A program made the position numbers and the translations under genes. From the human T2T-CHM13v2.0 reference genome, Homo sapiens, in NCBI RefSeq assembly GCF_009914755.1, contig NC_060932.1: a stretch of 64,000 bases of DNA, one strand, 5' to 3'. Shown one piece after another: positions 23,201 to 35,501 of this stretch; position 1 is the stretch's first letter; each line of letters starts with the position of its first letter. The notes beneath the pieces were generated by a model. It saw nothing but the letters and a program-made list of their open reading frames with translations. It had not been told where the DNA came from and did not search any database.

Positions 23201-23216
23201 TTCTGACCTGGAGTGA
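20206..23216 (+). CDS. FAM90A: FAM90A family protein, copy 3, 464 aa; exons 20206-20328, 20823-21022, 21481-21589, 22254-23216
   Basis: Same exon structure; intact. Confidence 0.95.
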
Positions 23217-23830
23217 GACTGCAGGTGGCAGGGGCTCCTTGGCCTCCGGCTCCCGTGACTTGGAGGGGACTGTGGGACTGAGGAGCGCAGAGCAGAGAGC
23301 ACACTCTGTGCGGTGACTCCGAAGCTCCCCGGCTGTGGCGCTTCTGTGGATGTGGGAGCCCAGGCCAGGCAGGGAGCAGATGCAGGGACTCTGCCTCATT
23401 GAATTCTGGTGAGGGACGTTGTAGTTGGCGTGGTTCTCCGGAAACGCGCCAGGAAAAGCTTCCGTGCCAGAGATTCGTTGCCTCACAAACTGCGTGACGC
23501 GCAGGAGTCAGACTTCCGCTGGGACGTCAATAGGAAACTGGGGAATTACTGTGTATTTGCTCTCTAGATGACTGAATAAGGGAAAAGTTAGGGAACCCTG
23601 AGAGGTGCAGCCCTTCCGCTGTGCCCCGCCCTGAGAGCAGAGTTTCGGACGCTGGGAAGCGTGCTGTGCGAAGCGCTCTCGGGGTCTTTCCTCAGCCTCG
23701 AAAACTGGGCTCTGGAATGCCTTTGTACATATGTGTGTTTCATTGGTTTTGAAGTGAATAAAATTCTCAAAAAGATGACATATTGTCTTTTGACTCTCAT
23801 TCCGTGTTTGTGTGTAACTGATTTTCCAAG

Positions 23831-24863
23831 TGAAGGGGTGGCCTGCCCCTCCACACCTGTGGGTGTTTCTAGTCGGGTGGGATGAGAGACGGAGAAAAGA
23901 AATAAGACACAGAGACAAAGTATAGGGAGACAACAGTGGGTCCAGGGGACCGGCACTCAGCACACCTAGGACCTGCACCGGCACCGGCCTCTGAGTTCCC
24001 GCAGTTTTTATTGATTGTGATTTTCATTATTTCAGCACAAAGGAATGCAGTAGGGGAGCAGGGTGATAATAAGGGGAAGGTCAACAAAAACAACACAAAA
24101 CAAACACGTGAGCAAAAGAATCCATATCATTATTAAGTTCAAGGGAAGGTACTATGCCTGGACGTGCACGTAGGCCAGATTTATGTTTCTCTCCACACAA
24201 ATATCTCAGCGGAGTAAAGAATAACAAGGCAGCATTACTGCCAACATGTCTCGCCTCCCGCCACAGGGCAGCTTTTCTCCGAGCTCAGAGTTGAACAAAT
24301 GTACGATCGGGCTTTACACCGAGACATTCAGTTCCCAGGGGCAAGCAGGAGACAGTGGCCTTCCTCCATCTGAACTGCAAGAGGCGTTCCTCTTTGACTA
24401 ATCCACCTCAGCACAGACACATTGCGGGTGTCAGGCTGGGGGACATTCAGGACTTTCCCATCCCACGAGGCCATATTTCAGACTGTCACATGGGGAGAAA
24501 CCTTGGACAATACCCTGCTATCAAGGGCAGAGGTCCCTGTGGCTTTCCACGGTGCATTGCGCCCCTGGTTTATTGAGACTAGAGAATGGCAATGACTTCT
24601 ACCAAGTATACTGCTCGTAAACATTTGGTTAACAAGGCGCGTCCTGCACAGCCCCAGATCCCTTAAACCTCGATTTTATACAACACAGGTTTTTGTGAGC
24701 TCCAAGTTGGGTCAAAGGAAGGGGCTGCGGCAAGGCAACAAATGAACAACATCTCAGCAAAGCAATTGTTTAAAGTACAGGTCTTTTTCAAAATGGAGTC
24801 TCTTATGTCTTCCCCTTCTACATAGACACAGTGACAGTCTGATCTCTCTTTCTTTACCCTACA
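23831..24863 (-). mobile_element. LTR5A-like solo LTR, TSD TCCAAG
   Basis: Same termini and TSD. Confidence 0.92.
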
Positions 24864-26611
24864 TCCAAGGGCTTGAACATTTCTTGACTTGTTGGCAATC
24901 CAAATCGTTACGTCTCCGAAACAGAGTTGACTGAGGGGACCGCAGGGCTGGGCAGGACCTTTGACTTCCTATACATCCACAGGAGCAAGAAAACCTCAGC
25001 CCCACTCTACCAACACGCACCTAGTAAAATTCCGCCAACCGCATCTCACGCACGCTAACACGTGGGGAGCGTTGCTTGCACCACGAGTCCCCATTTGGCT
25101 CAACCGCCGATGCCAAGTGTGTGGTTCCAGTTGCGACGGCCCCCCGTGAAGTGGCTTCCGGATGTGCGAAGGAACCAGGCAGAGTTTCACTGGCCAAATA
25201 GACCCCAGCAAAGCTGAAGTTAACTCCCACATTTGGGATGTACTTCAGAGGTAAAACATTCATCCCGTCTTCTTTCCGGATGTCTGACACCATGGTTCTC
25301 CCCCTGATCCTAAGAGTAGCTGAGGCAGAGACTCACTGAAAGATCTAGGCGGGGATATCCCATCATGCACAGGCTCTCTCCATTCTCTGACCTGGGAACA
25401 ACTCTCAGCAGGATTCCACATCTAGGAGGCCTCGGAACTCAGCGGGATTTTCTGAGACACACCAACTGGCTGCTCCCTCTCCGCCGCTGTTGAGGGTCGT
25501 TATCTTGATTATCCAGATCACCTAGAAAGTATCCGTATCCAGAATGAATAAGATCAACTCTCTGCTCCTCTGACAGCAGAAGGAGCAGGACCGTAAGGAA
25601 CCAAAGAGCGTGGAAGGAAACGATGTGACAGGAAAGCTCAGAGAACGGCCACAGGGGGTCGTCAGCAGGCCTTCCAACCTGAATCATGAATAATTAATGA
25701 AGCGCAAATCAAAGGGGACTCGAGTTTCAGCAGGAGCAATTCATCCAACGGGAGATCGCCGGAGGGCCAACAAGATTGAGTGACTGGGAGCCGGGTGCAG
25801 TGTCAAAGGGGACGCGACTGGTTCCAAAGCTCGAGAAGACCATGGGGTCACTTGGGCTACATGAGAAAACGCCCCAGTGTGCTGGTTCATCATTCCGACT
25901 CCTGCCTGTCTCTTCCCGTCCAAGGAACATGGACCCTAAGTCGTGCAGGTGCGGATGACCATGGGCAGAATTAGGGGCCGTGGCACAAAAGTTCACCGAC
26001 ACGGGAGTTCCACAGAAGGTGCGGTGGATCTTCGCAAATCCAGAGACATGGCAATGGGACCCAGGGAATTACAGCCTCACAGGCGTCCGGGAGACTTTTC
26101 AGGCATAATGCCTGGAGTCGCAAGAGGAGCTGAAAAAGGAGCCAGGCACTGAAGGACAAAGCGTTGTTGACTTTCCTCATCTGTGTTTCCCAGTGCGGTC
26201 CAATTCACGGTTGTTTCCAAGCGCCTCCTGGGGGAGAAAACACATGAGGGTGCGGTCAGGGTTCTCTGCTGACAGACTTACCTTGGGGAAGAAAGAGAAG
26301 CTCTGAAGATGGATCATGGCCGTGACTGCATGTCAAGGAGAGTCTCCTTGATGACACTGAGGCCTACGTCGAGATAGACAAAATGTGGTCCAATTAAAAG
26401 GTGTCTATTTTACCACATTTTTTAAAACAAAACAAAACAAAACAACAAAAAAGATGGAAAAGAAGACAGGGGTACAGGCACCAGTGTTACATGTCTGACG
26501 GGGAACATCTATTGTTCAAAGCTTGCAGCTGTACAAGTAGGTTTTAGAATGTCTGTCAGCAGTGGACATGATCTTAGAGTGGGCTGTGCAGATAGACCTT
26601 TCCAGGTCATG

Positions 26612-26700
26612 TAATTGGATTAAGTTAATTGCAATTAAGGTACAGGTAACTGATTAGGTTAGGGTACGTTCCATGTCAGGTGACCAGAGGCAGTATAAAA
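26612..26700 (+). promoter_or_regulatory. Putative promoter, copy 4: DUX4-type motif at 26651; TATAAAA
   Basis: TATAAAA at 26694-26700. Confidence 0.7.
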
Positions 26701-27853
26701 GGCAGCCTGGAAAGCGGAGGTCCCTCTCTGCCCCTTCCTCCGTCGTCCTGGATGCTGCATCGCTTCCAGCCGGGCTGCTGCAGCACCTGCCCATCTCAGC
26801 GCCAGCCTGGGAAAGAAAGTAGACGTGTAATTTCAGGTTGGTTTCGCTGAACAATTGTTTGTTTCACGCAATCCCTGAGGGGTTTTTGCGGGGGGTGTGG
26901 GGGAGGAAGAGACAAAGGAGGCCGAAAGAAACCGATCACACTGGGGCTTGCTGGTGGGGTAGGATGTGTTCTCGTTACTAGTAATTCTTGGAACAGAAAA
27001 CGAGAAAACATATCCGTCTCCACGTGTGGGAGAAGACCAAGATGGGAATGGGAAAAGAAATGTACTGCAGCATGCTGAATTGGTGGGTAAATGGAAAAAG
27101 GACTTTGGAAAAAAGGGGGGTTTGCCCTTCAGCCGTGTAAGACGTCGATACGATACGGCACTTCTTCCCCGTTTGTTCAGATGAATTCGTGTGGTGTGCG
27201 TAAAATACCAGGAAAATAAATAAAGAGGGGCTGGAGCTAAAGCCAAAAGATAGAACAGGAAAGATCCTCACCTGCTAGTGCGGTAGAGAGGAAGGTAACT
27301 TCTCTGTATGAATTTGTGCTTGGAAGTTGCCTAATGAAATGGCAAGAGTAGCGATTCAAGTTGTCACAGGAAGCATCCCTTATCCGTGACTTCAAGCAGA
27401 CCTGCCAAAGGGTGGCACACGCCATGCCCTGTGTCTTCGATCATTCTGTCCGTCAAGGGAGATAGAATCACCGTGTCTTCTACCGGAGTGAATCGTGAGA
27501 GACCTAAGTCCAGTCTCCAGAATCAGTTGTTTGTTTGGGGTTGAAAGCTCAACCCCCCCATACCTAGGCCACGGGCCCTGTGGCAGGTGGGGTTTACTCT
27601 TGGACTAGGTAGTCATGGCAGAGGAACACACAATATCCGAGGATGCGCACAGCACATTGTGTTCTACAGATTTGACCGACTGGTGGTGAGGTCTCCTCAT
27701 GACCACACAGGCAGGGAGTTAGCAGGTGGCTTCCTGTGGGTGTGTGAATATCCAACGTGCTTAACCATCGACATGTGTGTGTTTGTGTGTGTTTCAGGTG
27801 GCCCAACAGTCCACCCCTGAAAAAGGCGGTCATAAAACCCCCAGGAGACGAAG

Positions 27854-30800
27854 ATGATGGCACGTCGGGACCCCAAATCTTGGGCCAAGAGACTGGTGAG
27901 AGCCCAGACCCTCCAGAAGCAGCGGAGGGCCCCAGTTGGGCCAAGGGCTCCCCCGCCCGATGAAGAAGATCCCAGGGTAAGTGTAGCCCTGGATCTCTTG
28001 GGTATCTGGGTGGGGGTGGGGACGGGGGGAGGGGCTGTCCCACGGTCCTCAGAGACTGGGTTGGATTCCAAAGAGTTCTGTCACCACCAGCCAGGTTGCT
28101 TTTCCCATCCAAGGTGGGCGTGGCTTGGGACCTTCTCCCCGGCCCGATAGGTCCCTTGAGAGACTCTTGGGGGCAACCTCCCTTTCTACTTAGAGTCCTG
28201 TGTAGCCACGTTTGGCTGCGTTGTTGACATCGGCTTCACCATGGTGCCCCTTGGAACCTTGAGTCCTTCCTTTCAGAGTTCCTCCGTCACATGGGCTTTG
28301 CGAGGGAACATCGTATCCGAAGTCTCCCAGCACTTAACGGCCCCCATGCCGGTGTCCCCTCTTTGGAATCCTTATTCAGCTCTGAATTCACAATCCGTCC
28401 CAATGTTGACGTGGGATCGCTGCCTGTGGCTTCAGCTCACTCACTGACATCACTTCCTTTCCACCCGCAGCTCAAGTGCAAAAACTGCGGGGCCTTTGGC
28501 CACACGGCCAGAAGTACCAGGTGCCCCATGAAGTGCTGGAAGGCAGCCCTGGTTCCAGCGACCTTGGGGAAAAAGGAAGGGAAGGAAAACCTGAAACCAT
28601 GGAAGCCCCGGGGTGAAGCCAACCCGGGGCCCTTGAACAAGGATAAGGGAGAGAAGGAAGAGAGACCAAGGTGAGCAGTGGGAGGGGTTTTCACCACTCT
28701 TAGGGTACGGCCTCCCAAGGACATGGTGTCTCTGCACCTGCACACCGTGTGCCTTTCCGTCTCCGGGCCAGGGAAGGAACGCTGCAGAGAAATAGGCCGG
28801 AGCTCCGTGTCCTCCGGGGTTCCACACCCAGGAGCTCCTTGGGCTCTGGGAGATTCAGGGACGGGGAGAGGCGGGGGCGCTTCGTGCAGGTTCCCCACGA
28901 CAGCGGGAAAAGCGATGGAATCCAAATCACAGTCCTTAGTTGGGAAGCCTAGAGGGCCACCTGGAGGATGGGAAGGTTGGCACGTGAGGGAAGGTGCAGA
29001 GGCGGAAAGGGCACCAGATGTCCATTTCTGTATCACAAAACACGGAATGGGGCTGGGCCCCAGACGGGGTTCTCCCTGTCTCCTGGGGAAAACCAGGGGG
29101 CACGGCCTGACCTTCTTCTGTTCTGCAGGCAACAAGACCCGCAGAGGAAGGCTCTCCTCCACATGTTTTCCGGGAAACCTCCAGAGAAGCCGCTGCCGAA
29201 TGGAAAAGGATCCACGGAATCTTCTGATTATCTGAGGGCGAGTGTCACCCCGGGCCCCTGGTCTTTTTCTCCTCTAGGTCACCCTGGTTGATTTCCTTTC
29301 AGCTTCCCGTCTGCGGGAGGAAATCGGGGAACCCCTCTTTCTTGCCTTCTTGGGGTCAGGGACTCCACGATCCTTCCAGGTCAATTGGATTCCAGGCGAA
29401 GGCATCTGAACATGCCGTATTTCCTGTTGCTTTCTTTCTGTCCAATTATGGCAAGCCTGCCAACAACACGTTCCTAGCGGCATGAGGAAATTAGTCCCTC
29501 AGAGGCCCCAAACGTGGAGAAGGCGAAACCCAGGAACATGCATGTGTTCAGAGAAGACGTCCCGAGTACCCTTGAGCCAGCAACCTGCCTTGGGAAGGGC
29601 ATTAGTCCGTTCCACTTCATGGAAGGCTGAGTGGAGGCGCTTTGATCCAGTTAATGCCCAAGACGCGATCTTTTGAACAATGGTGTGCTTAGATCAGCTA
29701 CACATAGCTCGAGAGCGCATCTTTCATGTGTCTTGTCCTGATCAGCACTCAGGTGGAGGGTCTGTCCCTACTTCCAAGGACCGCCTGTCGATACTGTACT
29801 AAGAATTTCATGGCGTGTGCACCTTGTCTTTGGATGTGCTTGATTTTCACGTTGGCTCCATGCTGAGGAACTTCTAACCTGTGTTGTTTCCTCTCTTTCA
29901 GGTTGCAAGCGGGCCAATGCCGGTCCACACAACCAGTAAGAGGCCGCGCTTGGACCCTGTCCTCGCTGATCGCTCAGCTACCGCAATGTCTGGCAGGGGC
30001 TCCGTCTTGGCTTCACTGTCTCCCCTCAGAAAAGCCAGCCTGAGCTCCTCCTCAAGTCTTGGACCAAAGGAAAGACAGACAGGGGCTGCGGCCGACATGC
30101 CTCAGCCTGCAGTCAGGCACCAGGGCCGCGAGCCTCTCCTCGTGGTGAAGCCGACACACAGCCGCCCCGAGGGTGGCTGCCGAGAAGTTCCCCAGGCTGC
30201 CTCCAAAACCCACGGCCTGCTCCAGGCCGCCAGACCCCAGGCACAAGACAAACGTCCTGCGGTGACCTCACAGCCCTGCCCGCCAGCCGCCACACACAGC
30301 TTGGGCCTAGGCTCCAATCTCAGCTTCGGGCCAGGAGCCAAGAGACCTGCCCAGGCTCCGATTCAGGCTTGCCTGAACTTCCCCAAGAAACCGAGACTGG
30401 GTCCCTTCCAGATCCCCGAAAGCGCCATCCAGGGAGGTGAGCTGGGGGCCCCGGAGAATCTCCAACCTCCGCCAGCCGCAACCGAACTTGGACCAAGTAC
30501 GTCGCCCCAGATGGGCAGGAGGACACCGGCCCAGGTGCCCAGCGTCGACCGGCAGCCTCCGCACAGCAGACCTTGCCTGCCTACTGCCCAGGCCTGCACC
30601 ATGTCCCATCACTCAGCGGCCAGCCATGATGGGGCCCAGCCTCTCAGAGTGCTCTTCCGGAGACTGGAAAACGGACGCTGGAGCTCCAGCCTCCTGGCGG
30701 CCCCCTCATTTCACTCTCCTGAGAAGCCGGGAGCCTTCCTCGCTCAGAGCCCTCATGTGTCAGAGAAGTCTGAGGCTCCCTGTGTTCGTGTCCCACCGAG

Positions 30801-30864
30801 CGTCCTCTATGAGGACCTTCAGGTTTCCTCCTCCTCAGAGGACAGCGATTCTGACCTGGAGTGA
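27854..30864 (+). CDS. FAM90A: FAM90A family protein, copy 4, 464 aa; exons 27854-27976, 28471-28670, 29129-29237, 29902-30864
   Basis: Same exon structure; intact; carries R367. Confidence 0.95.
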
Positions 30865-31478
30865 GACTGCAGGTGGCAGGGGCTCCTTGGCCTCCGGCTC
30901 CCGTGACTTGGAGGGGACTGTGGGACTGAGGAGCGCAGAGCAGAGAGCACACTCTGTGCGGTGACTCCGAAGCTCCCCGGCTGTGGCGCTTCTGTGGATG
31001 TGGGAGCCCAGGCCAGGCAGGGAGCAGATGCAGGGACTCTGCCTCATTGAATTCTGGTGAGGGACGTTGTAGTTGGCGTGGTTCTCCGGAAACGCGCCAG
31101 GAAAAGCTTCCGTGCCAGAGATTCGTTGCCTCAGAAACTGCGTGACGCGCAGGAGTCAGACTTCCGCTGGGACGTCAATAGGAAACTGGGGAATTACTGT
31201 GTATTTGCTCTCTAGATGACTGAATAAGGGAAAAGTTAGGGAACCCTGAGAGGTGCAGCCCTTCCGCTGTGCCCCGCCCTGAGAGCAGTGTTTCGGACGC
31301 TGGGAAGCGTGCTGTGCGAAGCGCTCTCGGGGTCTTTCCTCAGCCTCGAAAACTGGGCTCTGGAATGCCTTTGTACATATGTGTGTTTCATTGGTTTTGA
31401 AGTGAATAAAATTCTCAAAAAGATGACATATTGTCTTTTGACTCTCATTCCGTGTTTGTGTGTAACTGATTTTCCAAG

Positions 31479-32511
31479 TGAAGGGGTGGCCTGCCCCTCC
31501 ACACCTGTGGGTGTTTCTAGTCGGGTGGGATGAGAGACGGAGAAAAGAAATAAGACACAGAGACAAAGTATAGGGAGACAACAGTGGGTCCAGGGGACCG
31601 GCACTCAGCACACCTAGGACCTGCACCGGCACCGGCCTCTGAGTTCCCGCAGTTTTTATTGATTGTGATTTTCATTATTTCAGCACAAAGGAATGCAGTA
31701 GGGGAGCAGGGTGATAATAAGGGGAAGGTCAACAAAAACAACACAAAACAAACACGTGAGCAAAAGAATCCATATCATTATTAAGTTCAAGGGAAGGTAC
31801 TATGCCTGGACGTGCACGTAGGCCAGATTTATGTTTCTCTCCACACAAATATCTCAGCGGAGTAAAGAATAACAAGGCAGCATTACTGCCAACATGTCTC
31901 GCCTCCCGCCACAGGGCAGCTTTTCTCCGAGCTCAGAGTTGAACAAATGTACGATCGGGCTTTACACCGAGACATTCAGTTCCCAGGGGCAAGCAGGAGA
32001 CAGTGGCCTTCCTCCATCTGAACTGCAAGAGGCGTTCCTCTTTGACTAATCCACCTCAGCACAGACCCATTGCGGGTGTCAGGCTGGGGGACATTCAGGA
32101 CTTTCCCATCCCACGAGGCCATATTTCAGACTGTCACATGGGGAGAAACCTTGGACAATACCCTGCTATCAAGGGCAGAGGTCCCTGTGGCTTTCCACGG
32201 TGCATTGCGCCCCTGGTTTATTGAGACTAGAGAATGGCAATGACTTCTACCAAGTATACTGCTCGTAAACATTTGGTTAACAAGGCGCGTCCTGCACAGC
32301 CCCAGATCCCTTAAACCTCGATTTTATACAACACAGGTTTTTGTGAGCTCCAAGTTGGGTCAAAGGAAGGGGCTGCGGCAAGGCAACAAATGAACAACAT
32401 CTCAGCAAAGCAATTGTTTAAACTACAGGTCTTTTTCAAAATGGAGTCTCTTATGTCTTCCCCTTCTACATAGACACAGTGACAGTCTGATCTCTCTTTC
32501 TTTACCCTACA
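31479..32511 (-). mobile_element. LTR5A-like solo LTR, TSD TCCAAG
   Basis: Same termini and TSD. Confidence 0.92.
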
Positions 32512-34259
32512 TCCAAGGGCTTGAACATTTCTTGACTTGTTGGCAATCCAAATCGTTACGTCTCCGAAACAGAGTTGACTGAGGGGACCGCAGGGCTGGG
32601 CAGGACCTTTGACTTCCTATACATCCACAGGAGCAAGAAAACCTCAGCCCCACTCTACCAACACGCACCTAGTAAAATTCCGCCAACCGCATCTCACGCA
32701 CGCTAACACGTGGGGAGCGTTGCTTGCACCACGAGTCCCCATTTGGCTCAACCGCCGATGCCAAGTGTGTGGTTCCAGTTGCGACGGCCCCCCGTGAAGT
32801 GGCTTCCGGATGTGCGAAGGAACCAGGCAGAGTTTCACTGGCCAAATAGACCCCAGCAAAGCTGAAGTTAACTCCCACATTTGGGATGTACTTCAGAGGT
32901 AAAACATTCATCCCGTCTTCTTTCCGGATGTCTGACACCATGGTTCTCCCCCTGATCCTAAGAGTAGCTGAGGCAGAGACTCACTGAAAGATCTAGGCGG
33001 GGATATCCCATCATGCACAGGCTCTCTCCATTCTCTGACCTGGGAACAACTCTCAGCAGGATTCCACATCTAGGAGGCCTCGGAACTCAGCGGGATTTTC
33101 TGAGACACACCAACTGGCTGCTCCCTCTCCGCCGCTGTTGAGGGTCGTTATCTTGATTATCCAGATCACCTAGAAAGTATCCGTATCCAGAATGAATAAG
33201 ATCAACTCTCTGCTCCTCTGACAGCAGAAGGAGCAGGACCGTAAGGAACCAAAGAGCGTGGAAGGAAACGATGTGACAGGAAAGCTCAGAGAACGGCCAC
33301 AGGGGGTCGTCAGCAGGCCTTCCAACCTGAATCATGAATAATTAATGAAGCGCAAATCAAAGGGGACTCGAGTTTCAGCAGGAGCAATTCATCCAACGGG
33401 AGATCGCCGGAGGGCCAACAAGATTGAGTGACTGGGAGCCGGGTGCAGTGTCAAAGGGGACGCGACTGGTTCCAAAGCTCGAGAAGACCATGGGGTCACT
33501 TGGGCTACATGAGAAAACGCCCCAGTGTGCTGGTTCATCATTCCGACTCCTGCCTGTCTCTTCCCGTCCAAGGAACATGGACCCTAAGTCGTGCAGGTGC
33601 GGATGACCATGGGCAGAATTAGGGGCCGTGGCACAAAAGTTCACCGACACGGGAGTTCCACAGAAGGTGCGGTGGATCTTCGCAAATCCAGAGACATGGC
33701 AATGGGACCCAGGGAATTACAGCCTCACAGGCGTCCGGGAGACTTTTCAGGCATAATGCCTGGAGTCGCAAGAGGAGCTGAAAAAGGAGCCAGGCACTGA
33801 AGGACAAAGCGTTGTTGACTTTCCTCATCTGTGTTTCCCAGTGCGGTCCAATTCACGGTTGTTTCCAAGCGCCTCCTGGGGGAGAAAACACATGAGGGTG
33901 CGGTCAGGGTTCTCTGCTGACAGACTTACCTTGGGGAAGAAAGAGAAGCTCTGAAGATGGATCATGGCCGTGACTGCATGTCAAGGAGAGTCTCCTTGAT
34001 GACACTGAGGCCTACGTCGAGATAGACAAAATGTGGTCCAATTAAAAGGTGTCTATTTTACCACATTTTTTAAAACAAAACAAAACAAAACAACAAAAAA
34101 GATGGAAAAGAAGACAGGGGTACAGGCACCAGTGTTACATGTCTGACGGGGAACATCTATTGTTCAAAGCTTGCAGCTGTACAAGTAGGTTTTAGAATGT
34201 CTGTCAGCAGTGGACATGATCTTAGAGTGGGCTGTGCAGATAGACCTTTCCAGGTCATG

Positions 34260-34348
34260 TAATTGGATTAAGTTAATTGCAATTAAGGTACAGGTAACTG
34301 ATTAGGTTAGGGTACGTTCCATGTCAGGTGACCAGAGGCAGTATAAAA
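34260..34348 (+). promoter_or_regulatory. Putative promoter, copy 5: DUX4-type motif at 34299; TATAAAA
   Basis: TATAAAA at 34342-34348. Confidence 0.7.
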
Positions 34349-35501
34349 GGCAGCCTGGAAAGCGGAGGTCCCTCTCTGCCCCTTCCTCCGTCGTCCTGGA
34401 TGCTGCATCGCTTCCAGCCGGGCTGCTGCAGCACCTGCCCATCTCAGCGCCAGCCTGGGAAAGAAAGTAGACGTGTAATTTCAGGTTGGTTTCGCTGAAC
34501 AATTGTTTGTTTCACGCAATCCCTGAGGGGTTTTTGCGGGGGGTGTGGGGGAGGAAGAGACAAAGGAGGCCGAAAGAAACCGATCACACTGGGGCTTGCT
34601 GGTGGGGTAGGATGTGTTCTCGTTACTAGTAATTCTTGGAACAGAAAACGAGAAAACATATCCGTCTCCACGTGTGGGAGAAGACCAAGATGGGAATGGG
34701 AAAAGAAATGTACTGCAGCATGCTGAATTGGTGGGTAAATGGAAAAAGGACTTTGGAAAAAAGGGGGGTTTGCCCTTCAGCCGTGTAAGACGTCGATACG
34801 ATACGGCACTTCTTCCCCGTTTGTTCAGATGAATTCGTGTGGTGTGCGTAAAATACCAGGAAAATAAATAAAGAGGGGCTGGAGCTAAAGCCAAAAGATA
34901 GAACAGGAAAGATCCTCACCTGCTAGTGCGGTAGAGAGGAAGGTAACTTCTCTGTATGAATTTGTGCTTGGAAGTTGCCTAATGAAATGGCAAGAGTAGC
35001 GATTCAAGTTGTCACAGGAAGCATCCCTTATCCGTGACTTCAAGCAGACCTGCCAAAGGGTGGCACACGCCATGCCCTGTGTCTTCGATCATTCTGTCCG
35101 TCAAGGGAGATAGAATCACCGTGTCTTCTACCGGAGTGAATCGTGAGAGACCTAAGTCCAGTCTCCAGAATCAGTTGTTTGTTTGGGGTTGAAAGCTCAA
35201 CCCCCCCATACCTAGGCCACGGGCCCTGTGGCAGGTGGGGTTTACTCTTGGACTAGGTAGTCATGGCAGAGGAACACACAATATCCGAGGATGCGCACAG
35301 CACATTGTGTTCTACAGATTTGACCGACTGGTGGTGAGGTCTCCTCATGACCACACAGGCAGGGAGTTAGCAGGTGGCTTCCTGTGGGTGTGTGAATATC
35401 CAACGTGCTTAACCATCGACATGTGTGTGTTTGTGTGTGTTTCAGGTGGCCCAACAGTCCACCCCTGAAAAAGGCGGTCATAAAACCCCCAGGAGACGAA
35501 G